Assembly (NCBI GenBank): GCA_963796955.1
Contig: CAWCNJ010000003.1
Span: forward strand, 76,037-140,036
Length of the DNA: 64,000 nucleotides
Origin: Endomicrobiales bacterium
Lineage (GTDB): Bacteria; Elusimicrobiota; Endomicrobiia; Endomicrobiales; JALOBY01
Direction of reading: 5' to 3'
The translations under genes and the position numbers were made by a program. Of the stretch, positions 1-8,527 are shown in pieces. The notes beneath the pieces are model-generated. The model saw only the letters and a list, made by a program, of their open reading frames with translations. It did no database searches and was not told the origin of the DNA. Position 1 is the first letter of the stretch. Every line of letters begins with the position of its first letter.

Positions 1-66
1 AATAACCTATCGGTTGAGGTCTGCGCAAATCTGTCTGTTTTATATGAATTCTACATCTAAAACAAT

Positions 67-807
67 GTGAAATATGCTATAATTCGGTGGAATTTGGACG
101 TTGACAGGAAGGTAAAATTGAAAATTTCAATCATTATTCCGGTGTATAACGAGCAGGGAGCGATCGTTGATGTGATCAATTCCGTGAAATCGGCTATTGC
201 CGGAGCTGACCATGAGATCATTGTCGTCAATGACGCCTCCACTGATAAGACTAGAGAATTTCTTGATACCATTAACGATGTAAACGTAAAAATAGTGCAT
301 CGATCGGTCAATCAGGGTAAAGGCGCCGCAATCAGAGAAGGGATCAAGCACATAAACGGCGATATAACCATTATACAGGACGCCGACCGGGAATATACGC
401 CTGAAGATTACCCTGCTTTGTTACGGCCTATTATCGACGGCAAAGCCGATGTTGTGTTTGGCTCGCGGTTTCTGGGCGGCGGCACGCACCGGGTCATGTT
501 CTTCTGGCATTCAATAGGCAACCGGTTCCTAACACTCCTGTCCAATATATTCACCGACCTGAACCTGACGGATATGGAAGTAGGCTACAAGGTTTTTCGA
601 ACGGACACTTTAAAACGAATAGAACTGAAGCAAAACCGTTTCGGCTTCGAACCCGAGATCACCGCAAAGATCGCCAAAACAGGCAGCCGCGTCTACGAAG
701 TACCCATCTCCTATTACGGCCGCACCTACGCAGAAGGAAAAAAAATAACCTGGAAAGACGGGATACATGCCATCTGGTGTATTGTTCGATACGGAATAGG
801 AAGGTGA
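67..807 (+). CDS. Family-2 glycosyltransferase (polyprenyl-phosphate sugar transferase-like)
   Basis: GT-A/GT2 hallmarks are present: ISIIIPVYNE near the N-terminus, VVNDASTD, and the acidic motif QDADREY. The more likely start is TTG at 118, preceded by AGGAAGG (106-112). Confidence 0.85.
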   Translation: MKYAIIRWNLDVDRKVKLKISIIIPVYNEQGAIVDVINSVKSAIAGADHEIIVVNDASTDKTREFLDTINDVNVKIVHRSVNQGKGAAIREGIKHINGDITIIQDADREYTPEDYPALLRPIIDGKADVVFGSRFLGGGTHRVMFFWHSIGNRFLTLLSNIFTDLNLTDMEVGYKVFRTDTLKRIELKQNRFGFEPEITAKIAKTGSRVYEVPISYYGRTYAEGKKITWKDGIHAIWCIVRYGIGR

Positions 808-1397
808 CTTTTGGTATCGTTTATAATATCATAAACATACAAATCACACTCCTTTGGGGAAGCGACAATTAAAACCAAAATGAAATCTAAACAGTGGCAA
901 ATACTTCTTCTGTCAATGTCTCTTTGCGGTATTGCGCACGCGAAGACTTTTGTGAGAGAATCCACTTGGCAATGCTTGTCAATGTAGTATTTATAACGAT
1001 GGGGTATTTGTGACGAATTCAGATTCATCAGGAAGGTACACAATAAACTATGTTGTCGTAGGTACACACACCATCAGCGTTCCAAATTTATTTTCTGCAC
1101 TTGTTACTGTGCATTCAGACAACCTTGAAACGCAGGATATTACATTGAATTGGATGCCTATGGGTTCGGACTTGTCTGTTACTGGATGGGACAGATTAAC
1201 CGAAGCAAATAGTCCTTATGTGATAAGTAAAGATATGACATTATACAATTTGTTGATTGATCCCGGTGTTATAATTAAATTTTCCGGATCGTATGCATTT
1301 GAAGTTTGGAATGGTGGCGATATCTTTGTTAATGGAACCAACTCAAAACCAATCATATTTACATCTGGAAGGCTATCTCCATTAGCGGCCCTATTTC

Positions 1398-1419
1398 TCA
1401 GCGATAGTGACCTCATCAG
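1398..1419. repeat. Left terminal inverted repeat of the IS
   Basis: TCAGCGATAGTGACCTCATCAG matches the reverse complement of 2933-2956 (TCAGCGAGTTTGACCTCAAATCAG). The shared blocks are TCAGCGA, TGACCTCA and CAG. Confidence 0.6.
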
Positions 1420-1551
1420 TGGCAGTTAATTCACTATTGAGCCTTTGTCTTTGACGTTGCCGTTGGCCGGTCAAAGACATTGGTTCAAGATGTGAAGAAG
1501 ACGTGCCTCAAAGCCGTTGCCGTTTGTTCCGCGCGGCTAAAACTGAGTATA

Positions 1552-1899
1552 ATGACCCAAAGGAGCCTATCATTGGAAAATATCATAACTGCAAAAAAAG
1601 AACGCTTAAAGCTGACACCCGAACTGTTGTTCAACATCTACCTGGAATGCACCGCTCCCGGAGCGCCAGTAAAGTCAATTCTGGCTCGCCACGGCCTAAA
1701 ACCCTGGGATCTGGTAGCAATCCGCAAGAAAGTCCGCGCTGGCGCCATAGAAGCCCTAGCAAACGCCAAGCCGGGCAGAAGAAAGCACGTTGTGGCCGTC
1801 GAACAGTTCCAGCAGGTATCAAAGGAACTGGGCGAAACCAAGGATGCCCTGGCGGCAGTGGGGCACGAGCTATCATTGCTAAAAAAAAGAGTGAATTAG
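1552..1899 (+). CDS. IS3-family transposase OrfA (HTH + coiled coil)
   Basis: MTQRSLSLENIITAKKERLKLTPELLFNIYLE...LSLLKKRVN. The size, the heptad-like C-terminus and the position upstream of the DDE ORF are typical of IS3 OrfA. The ATG at 1552 is preferred over the GTG at 1480. Confidence 0.75.
   Translation: MTQRSLSLENIITAKKERLKLTPELLFNIYLECTAPGAPVKSILARHGLKPWDLVAIRKKVRAGAIEALANAKPGRRKHVVAVEQFQQVSKELGETKDALAAVGHELSLLKKRVN
1881..1887 (+). promoter_or_regulatory. Programmed -1 ribosomal frameshift slippery site (A AAA AAA within an A8 run, followed by G)
   Basis: An A8 run at 1881-1888 lies 9-16 nt before the orfA stop (TAG 1897-1899). Slipping -1 here joins OrfA to the DDE frame. This matches the A6-7G motif used by IS3 elements. 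Confidence 0.7.
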
Positions 1900-2936
1900 C
1901 TCTTGAAGGCCCGCTGCTGGGTCATTTTACAAAAGAGGTCAAAGAACAAGTGGTAAATATTATCAAAGAAGCGGTCAATTCCGGCTTAACCCAGAATCAA
2001 GCCTGCATTACTTTCGGCCTTGCGGCCAGAAAGTTCCGCAGGTGGGCTAAGCCTAAGCCCGTTAAACAGCGTTCCGCCTGGAACAAAACGCTTAAACATG
2101 AATGTGAAGCAATTGAAGCCGCTGTCTATGAGCCGGAACTTATCGGCAAGCCGTTAAGCCATGTCTTCGTACACGGCCACAGAACAGGCAAATTCTTCGT
2201 TTCGCTGGCCACCGTTTTCCGCGTACTTAAAAGCAAAGACCTTGTTAAACCGCTGAGCTTTTACAGATCACGTAAAACAAATTACGTTCCTGCTCAGGCG
2301 CTGATGGCCGACGGTTATTCGCTTCTTTGCTATGACGGCACGCAGTTCGTTACAGTGTTTGGCACTATCGTTTGGGCCATACCGGTCTTGATTCTTCCGG
2401 CACGCTATCTGCTTCATGTCGGCTATTGTATCGGCGGTGTTACATCAGCCAATCTTACAAACGCCGTTAAAGAAGCTCTTGCGTTGCTGCCGGAACATCT
2501 TATGACTAACCTCATTGCCCATTCGGACAGAGGCTCTGCCATGAAGGCCGTCAAAACCCAGAAGATTATCAAAGAGCTGCTTGGCGCTGATGTTCACTAC
2601 GGACGCCCAAACACCCCTGACGATGAGGCCTGGATTGAGTCGCTTATCAATTCCCTGAAACATCACAGGGATGCGCCGGTTTCCTTCGAGCAGGTTGATG
2701 ACGTCGTTCAGTGGATCAGCAGCTTTCCACAAATCCACAACAACGATCCACACAGCGCCCACAAGTACGTTACACCGCTTGAAGTCCTGTCCGGACAAAA
2801 GGAGGTTATCTTAAATCAGAGAAAGAACAATTTGACCGTAGCGCGCCTTTTGCGCTATACTGCGTGGAAAGCTGCTTCCGGAAAAGTCGCCAAAACATTG
2901 GCTCTTCCGGCCTCAGCAGTAGAAGTTGGTTGCTGA
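1881..2936 (+). CDS. IS3-family transposase OrfB segment (rve/DDE integrase core), expressed as an OrfAB fusion by a -1 frameshift
   Basis: The -1 frame reads AKKKSELALEGPLLG... and contains the DDE-type motifs LLCYDGTQF, IAHSDRGSAMKA and GRPNTPDDEAWIESLINSLKHH. Confidence 0.8.
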   Translation, partial: KKKSELALEGPLLGHFTKEVKEQVVNIIKEAVNSGLTQNQACITFGLAARKFRRWAKPKPVKQRSAWNKTLKHECEAIEAAVYEPELIGKPLSHVFVHGHRTGKFFVSLATVFRVLKSKDLVKPLSFYRSRKTNYVPAQALMADGYSLLCYDGTQFVTVFGTIVWAIPVLILPARYLLHVGYCIGGVTSANLTNAVKEALALLPEHLMTNLIAHSDRGSAMKAVKTQKIIKELLGADVHYGRPNTPDDEAWIESLINSLKHHRDAPVSFEQVDDVVQWISSFPQIHNNDPHSAHKYVTPLEVLSGQKEVILNQRKNNLTVARLLRYTAWKAASGKVAKTLALPASAVEVGC

Positions 2937-2956
2937 TTTGAGGTCAAACTCGCTGA
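2933..2956. repeat. Right terminal inverted repeat of the IS
   Basis: The reverse complement of CTGATTTGAGGTCAAACTCGCTGA aligns with 1398-1419. Confidence 0.6.
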
Positions 2957-3474
2957 ATTGCGCCGGCGGGAAATTATAATGGCGTATATCTTACACCAGG
3001 TAACGGGTACTCATGCCAACTCAATCATGTTAAGTTTGAGTATGGTTCATCTATACAAATTACTGGAAGTAGTGTTACAATTTCGAATTGCACTTTCAAA
3101 AACAATTCACAAACACCATACGTAAACGGCAATGTTTCACATTGTATATTCGGTAATAATGGATATTACTCGGTAAGTATTTCGGGGTCTCCCAAATTCT
3201 CATATTGCACATTTACAAATGGAATCAGCGCAGCTAGCACAGTTGGCCAGTTCACGGTAAATAATTGCAATATGAGCACTGGGACCGTAGCTATAAGCAA
3301 TAGCGCAAACTGGACACTTGATTTGTCGAACAACTGGTGGGGAACAACCGATAACACTACCATTCAAGGCCGCATATCATCTTCCGCTGGAACAATAACC
3401 TACTTGCCTATAGCTGTAGATACTATCACAACAGCTTGCCCTCAATAATTTCCTGAATCGAGGAGAATCATTAA

Positions 3475-4665
3475 ATGAATATAAGAACAGCAGAAAAGAC
3501 ATCATGCATTTTTGTTTTGATTATGATTTTTACGAGTAGTGTCATCTGGGCCAGATCCATTAATGCAGATAATGCCTTTGGCGCAATGGACGCTGAAGAA
3601 CAGCGGATTAACAAAAGTTCAGCCCCGACGGAAAGCTCGGAGAATAAAGATAACATTGCCACAATTCCCGCAACAAGTGCTCCTGCTCAGGCTGTTTTCC
3701 CAGTAGAGCCAAAAACAAATAGACATGAACAAATCACAAAACAGAATGATAACGCAACGAACCAAAGAATATATATAGTTCATGATTATGTTGTAACCGT
3801 ACTTGATTCGAAGACTTATACAGCTGTTAATGAGTTTCCGGGGGAATTTGCAATTGCTGTTTCAAGCAGCCATGTCATTTCTCCAGAGACAGCTTATATC
3901 GCAATTTACAACAGAAAAGATCTAAAATTGCTTGCGGATTTTGAATACGATGGAGTACCATCGCCAATGATCGAGAGGGCAGTTATAACTCCTAATGGTG
4001 CGAAGATGTATGTCGGATCATTTGGTAATGGCAAAGAAGCTCCTTCTGGCGTATATGTTATTGACCTTAACAACCATAAACAAGAAAAGGTATTGTATCA
4101 AGATAATATAAAAACTGGCCTCATAGGTATTTCAAATGACGGGAAATATTTATTTGTTTCTACTGGAAATGGCCTCGCACTAATCAACACTTTAGATGAC
4201 ACTACTTACAAAGAAATACCGATTGGCGATAATACTGACGTCGAAGATATTGTTGTCGGAACGAATAACTTGGTATACATGGTTACCTGCTTTTATGATG
4301 TTGAATCTGGGTCTCACAAAAACTATAAACTCACGGTTGCCGGTATTGAAAAAGGGGTAATAAAGGAAATAGCTTTAGGCGCTGACTCAAATAAACACTT
4401 TCGTATATTGAGTGTTCTTCAAAAACCGCACTTGTTTATTGTCGGCAATGATAAACTTTTTGATTTTGACACAAATACAAATTCTATTACACTTGAAAAG
4501 TCATTTAGATACTCCGTAACCCCTTCCGCGATTTCTTCGGATGGAAAGCTATTGTATGTAAAGTCTGAAAATACAAACCATGTGGTTGTGTATGATGTGG
4601 AAAAGGGCTTAGAGGTGAAGGAAATTCCTTTTAAGGACTATTTGTATGATGTCATCGTCAAGTAG
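3475..4665 (+). CDS. Secreted YVTN-type beta-propeller repeat protein
   Basis: An N-terminal signal-like segment (CIFVLIMIFTSSVIWA) is followed by repeated units such as ITPNGAKMYVGS..GVYVIDL, ISNDGKYLFVSTGNGLALIN and ISSDGKLLYVKSENTNHVVVYDVEKG. The gene is clearly AT-rich. Confidence 0.7.
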   Translation: MNIRTAEKTSCIFVLIMIFTSSVIWARSINADNAFGAMDAEEQRINKSSAPTESSENKDNIATIPATSAPAQAVFPVEPKTNRHEQITKQNDNATNQRIYIVHDYVVTVLDSKTYTAVNEFPGEFAIAVSSSHVISPETAYIAIYNRKDLKLLADFEYDGVPSPMIERAVITPNGAKMYVGSFGNGKEAPSGVYVIDLNNHKQEKVLYQDNIKTGLIGISNDGKYLFVSTGNGLALINTLDDTTYKEIPIGDNTDVEDIVVGTNNLVYMVTCFYDVESGSHKNYKLTVAGIEKGVIKEIALGADSNKHFRILSVLQKPHLFIVGNDKLFDFDTNTNSITLEKSFRYSVTPSAISSDGKLLYVKSENTNHVVVYDVEKGLEVKEIPFKDYLYDVIVK

Positions 4666-6028
4666 GCTTCGCTTAATATTCATTGCCGGATGTTTATTTT
4701 TTAGTGTATCATTCGGTTTTGCATTTTGTATAAAGATTCAACATCCGGTGAACAATGACACCGTTTCGGGTGTTGTAAACATTAATGCGGTTTCCTATCC
4801 CAATAATTGCCTAAAAAACAAATCATATAGTGAAATTGACGAGATTTTAAGTAATGCCCCCACCAGTTTAGATAAAGAAGTGTTAAAAGCTTTTGCCTGG
4901 TATGAAAGCGGGTGGTTGCAGTTCGCGGAAAATGGGAATACTTTTGAAGGACTAAACTTTTCAAAAGCTACGAAAAAGTTACTGTCAATAGACTATGGTT
5001 TGATGCAGGTAAATGATAAAACTTTGAGCGATAAGGATGTTCAAACTGACACGGATCATAATATCGCTGCCGGAATATCCATCCTTAACGAAAAGATTCA
5101 GTGGGTAAATACAACAAAGAATAATGTCGACCAAAAAAAGTGGAAGATTTGGACGGCTAAATATGATTTACAAGGTCATTCGATGCAGGATATATATTTG
5201 AAAGCATATAACACTTTTCAAAAATCCTGGGAATATGCTGACGCGGTCAATAAGAATCTCAAAGAAAAACCATGGCTAAGCAAAGTTCAGGTTGTATTAA
5301 ACATTGACGATAAGGCAAGGGATAGTAAACAGGTTCCATTAAATGCGCAATATCAATATCAGTGGAACACTTCACCGGAAAACGAAGGTAGGCATCCTTT
5401 AAAGGTTCAGGCTATTAAAGGTAAAGCTAAGTCGCAGGATAGTATCATCGTCAACAAAGGTAAAGAAAATGTGAAATCGTTTGATATATCTGGTATCGGT
5501 GTTGTAAATGGTTGCACATTAGCTGATGAAACCCTTAGTACGGGCCAGAAACCTTTTTCGCTAGCATCGTACACAATAGAGTTTTCCGAAATTACTGACA
5601 CAGATGGCTTTAAACTTGATAGTAACGGAAAGATTGTGTGGGGAAATAGGACAGGTTTTTCGATCAAGGGCCTTGCACTGGCTGTGTTCGTATATCCACC
5701 TTTAGTCAAGTCAAGCGTAAAATGTAAATTCAATCTAACAATCAATAAAAATCAATCTCTCACAAACAGTTCAATTGGTGAAAAATCGGATCCAAATGCC
5801 GATGCAGTTGGTAGTCTTTCCCTTGAGAATATAGGAAATGATTGCTTAACATATTCAGATGGAAAGGGCGGTGTAATCAATTATTATTTCGGTCGGACTA
5901 GCGACAATCTTATGATGACAGGAGAAACAAGTAATATCTATACAGAAGGCAACCTGATAAAGCTGAGTAAACTCAAGGACAAGTTTAACCAGTATTATAA
6001 CGGTTCGTTGTTAATAAAACCAAAGTAG
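4646..6028 (+). CDS. Secreted/membrane-anchored protein with a lytic transglycosylase (SLT, goose-lysozyme-like) domain and beta-rich C-terminal domains
   Basis: SLT motifs are present: AWYESGW (catalytic Glu-Ser), DYGLMQVN and NIAAGISIL. There is an N-terminal hydrophobic anchor, and the gene overlaps the upstream gene by 20 nt. Confidence 0.65.
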   Translation: MMSSSSRLRLIFIAGCLFFSVSFGFAFCIKIQHPVNNDTVSGVVNINAVSYPNNCLKNKSYSEIDEILSNAPTSLDKEVLKAFAWYESGWLQFAENGNTFEGLNFSKATKKLLSIDYGLMQVNDKTLSDKDVQTDTDHNIAAGISILNEKIQWVNTTKNNVDQKKWKIWTAKYDLQGHSMQDIYLKAYNTFQKSWEYADAVNKNLKEKPWLSKVQVVLNIDDKARDSKQVPLNAQYQYQWNTSPENEGRHPLKVQAIKGKAKSQDSIIVNKGKENVKSFDISGIGVVNGCTLADETLSTGQKPFSLASYTIEFSEITDTDGFKLDSNGKIVWGNRTGFSIKGLALAVFVYPPLVKSSVKCKFNLTINKNQSLTNSSIGEKSDPNADAVGSLSLENIGNDCLTYSDGKGGVINYYFGRTSDNLMMTGETSNIYTEGNLIKLSKLKDKFNQYYNGSLLIKPK

Positions 6029-6080
6029 AGTCGGTTAATTTCCAGGATCAATTTGTAGGATAGTCAACAAATCATTAAAA

Positions 6081-6089
6081 TGGTATAAT
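6081..6089 (+). promoter_or_regulatory. Candidate extended -10 promoter element (TGGTATAAT)
   Basis: TGnTATAAT lies 42 nt upstream of ATG 6131, in the 96-nt gap before the glycosyltransferase operon. I found no good -35 element. Confidence 0.35.
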
Positions 6090-6130
6090 CTCCTCGTTAG
6101 AGTGGTTATGCCATTTTTCTTAAGGTGCGA

Positions 6131-8527
6131 ATGAAAATAGCGTTTGTGGTGCGGAATTATCATAAAAGCGGGGGGATATCAGGATACGTCGCTGAATTGG
6201 CGGAACTGTACGCCAGGGACCACGAAGTTCATGTTTATGCGGCATCGTTCAAGGATGTCGATAATTTTGGCATTAAGTGTCACAAAATACCTATCCTCAC
6301 CTCCTCTCTGCTGGTCCGTTGGAAAAAACACGCTTTAAATAATCTTCTTGAAGTCTGGAGTTTTGCTTTAACGTCGTTTTTTTACGTTAATAGCAAAGAT
6401 TTCGATATAGTGCATTCACAAGGGGACTATTGGGGGCAATTTGACGTTTATACCGTCCATAGTTGCCACAAGGCATGGCTGGAGATAGCCAGCGAAAATG
6501 CATCACTGTGGCAACGATTGTTAAAATCAAAATTTAATCCTCTCCATGCCAATATACTTCTTTCTGAACGGCATTGCCTGAAAAACGCCAGACGCGTGAT
6601 AGCTATTTCCGAGGTAACGAAACGGGAAGTTATGAAATATTATAACGTGCCTGAGTCGAAGATCACCATTGTTCCTCACGGTGTTGATATAGAAAGGTTC
6701 AATATTAAATTGCGCGACGTTTACCGCGCCAAGATCAGAGAAAAACATGGCTTGTCCGAGCAGGATATGGTCATAGTCTTTCCTGCGCATGAGTTTAAGC
6801 GAAAAGGTCTGCCTCAGATAATAGAGGCACTGCATACCCTTAACATGCCTACCCTTTACGTGCTTGTGGTAGGAAAAGATAATCCTTCCGATTCTACAAG
6901 GATAGCCGAAAAATACGGCTTAGCACAGAAAATAATCTTTGCCGGCGCCACATCCGGTATAGAACGTTATTACTGCGCCGCCGATATGATGGTTTTTCCT
7001 ACGTCGTACGAGCCATTTGGAATGATCATTACAGAGGCAATGGCCTGCGGCTTGCCGGTTGTTGTCTCTAAACTTGCCGGCGCAGCCGAACTGATAACCG
7101 ACGGTGTCGACGGGGTATTATTACATGACCACACTGATGTAGGAAGCATCTCCGGTGCGATAAAATTACTCGCTTTGGACAAGCCGATGCGCATGCGTAT
7201 GGGTGAAAAAGCGCTTGCGTTAAGCGAGAAATATACTTGGTCATTGATAAGTGACATAACAATGAGCCTGTATAGAAGAATAACTAATCCTGTTTTAATG
7301 AATATCTGCGTAGTGACCCGCACGACCCTGTTCCACAGTATGGGCGGTATGGAACAACATTTGCGCATGTTAGTGGAAGGCCTCGTAAAGATCGGACACA
7401 GAGTTACGGTCATAACTACAGCCCATCCGGGACATGAACAATTTATTGAGAAAAATGGAGTCTCCTACCATTTTCTCAAAGGAGCCAAACCAGGACGCTA
7501 CTCCCGAAGACTTGCTGCGCGAACTTTGCGGAAATTCAAACAGCTTCATTCCCTTGATCCTTTTGATGTAATACACAGCGAAAGCATGGGACCAGGCGGT
7601 CTTCTAGCCGCTAGTGTTAACAAAAAGTTCCTTGTGCCGATAGTTGTTATCTTTCATGGGATTTTTATAAATGAAATTGAAACTTGTCTTGGTATCCTTT
7701 TCGGACGTACAGGAACAATAGTAAGGCGCTTATATGCGGTTCTGGCCATCTGCCGCCAAATTTTCAGTTATATTAGACGTCAATTCACTCTAGTAAGGCG
7801 GGCGAATGCTGTTATTGCAACCAGTATGAAACAGAAGATGCTCATTAAACGTTATTTCCAATTGCCAGATTCACGAGTACTTAATGTTTTTAATGGTGTT
7901 GACATTGTACCTGCCGATGAAAAGGATATCAATGCGCTAAAAGTAAAAATTGGTATCGGAACGGAACCTGTTGTTCTTTGTATTGCAAGACTGAAATTAG
8001 AAAAGGGAATACATGTAGCGATAAAGGCATTTGCTGAAATAGTAAAAAACAGGCCTGCAAGATTGGTTATCGTTGGAGACGGTGAGTATAGAACGGAACT
8101 TGAAGGATTGGTGTCCACTCTGGGTATCGCAGATAAGGTTTTTTTTGCAGGCATAGTTGATTATTCGGAACTCGGCGTATGTTATGCCGTTGCCGATGTT
8201 TTTGTCAATGCTACGATACGCGAGAATGGATATGATTTGACGATAGCACAAGCTATGGGCTACAAGAGATCTCTTATAGTAACCCAGCTTAAGGCTCTGG
8301 AAGGTGTTATTGAAGATAACGTGAACGGACTTTTGGTACGTAAGGGCGATCCTCTTGATCTGGCATCAAAAATCAACTATATATTAGATCATCCTGAAAA
8401 AGCGTCGGCCATGGCGCTTAAAGCTTATGCTACCTACGATAAGAACTTTACAGCAGAACAGATGGTAAGGAATACTACAGAAGTTTATCAGAAAGCGATC
8501 GCCTCAAGGAAAAGGGGACATTTATGA
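6131..8527 (+). CDS. Tandem-fused double GT4 (GT-B fold) glycosyltransferase
   Basis: There are two complete GT4-like halves. Half 1 runs from MKIAFVV... to ...FPTSYEPFGMIITEAMACGLPVVVS...GVLL (E-x7-E region). Half 2 runs from MNICVVTRTTLFHSMGGME... to ...FVNATIRENGYDLTIAQAMGYKRSLIVT...GLLV. The ATG at 6131 (AAGGTG upstream) is preferred over the GTG at 6125. Confidence 0.8.
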   Translation: MKIAFVVRNYHKSGGISGYVAELAELYARDHEVHVYAASFKDVDNFGIKCHKIPILTSSLLVRWKKHALNNLLEVWSFALTSFFYVNSKDFDIVHSQGDYWGQFDVYTVHSCHKAWLEIASENASLWQRLLKSKFNPLHANILLSERHCLKNARRVIAISEVTKREVMKYYNVPESKITIVPHGVDIERFNIKLRDVYRAKIREKHGLSEQDMVIVFPAHEFKRKGLPQIIEALHTLNMPTLYVLVVGKDNPSDSTRIAEKYGLAQKIIFAGATSGIERYYCAADMMVFPTSYEPFGMIITEAMACGLPVVVSKLAGAAELITDGVDGVLLHDHTDVGSISGAIKLLALDKPMRMRMGEKALALSEKYTWSLISDITMSLYRRITNPVLMNICVVTRTTLFHSMGGMEQHLRMLVEGLVKIGHRVTVITTAHPGHEQFIEKNGVSYHFLKGAKPGRYSRRLAARTLRKFKQLHSLDPFDVIHSESMGPGGLLAASVNKKFLVPIVVIFHGIFINEIETCLGILFGRTGTIVRRLYAVLAICRQIFSYIRRQFTLVRRANAVIATSMKQKMLIKRYFQLPDSRVLNVFNGVDIVPADEKDINALKVKIGIGTEPVVLCIARLKLEKGIHVAIKAFAEIVKNRPARLVIVGDGEYRTELEGLVSTLGIADKVFFAGIVDYSELGVCYAVADVFVNATIRENGYDLTIAQAMGYKRSLIVTQLKALEGVIEDNVNGLLVRKGDPLDLASKINYILDHPEKASAMALKAYATYDKNFTAEQMVRNTTEVYQKAIASRKRGHL

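Larger units (their letters stand above)
1398..2956 (+). mobile_element. IS3-family insertion sequence (orfA/orfB with -1 frameshift); boundaries approximate
   Basis: Two overlapping ORFs (an HTH/leucine-zipper OrfA and an rve/DDE OrfB in the -1 frame) are flanked by imperfect terminal inverted repeats. The element sits between the two halves of one beta-helix gene. I could not resolve the target-site duplication. Confidence 0.8.
880..3448 (+). pseudogene. Disrupted secreted surface protein (CarboxypepD_reg-like N-domain + right-handed parallel beta-helix repeats), with a frameshift and an IS insertion
   Basis: ATG 880 encodes a signal peptide (MKSKQWQILLLSMSLCGIAHA) that runs into TAG at 983-985. 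Coding continues in the +1 frame from 956 (ENPLGNA...SDSSGRYTINYVVVGTHTISV...KPIIFTSGRLSP). It is cut by the IS at ~1398-2956 and resumes in the same frame at 2957 (IAPAGNYNGVYL..SNCTFKNN..HCIFGNN..YCTFTNG..NNCNMS..LSNNWWGT) up to TAA 3446-3448. Confidence 0.75.

Noticed and set aside
1503-1880. The 5' part of the 477-aa track ORF lies upstream of the IS slippery site.
   Set aside because: This stretch is just the open -1 frame overlapping orfA. Its translation (R/S/P/G-rich) is non-protein-like. Only the part after the A8 run encodes the DDE domain.
4646-4720. A lipobox-like IAGC motif lies at the N-terminus of the SLT-domain protein.
   Set aside because: The Cys is followed by a long hydrophobic stretch (LFFSVSFGFAFC). 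The segment looks more like a signal anchor than a lipoprotein signal, so this cannot be decided by eye.
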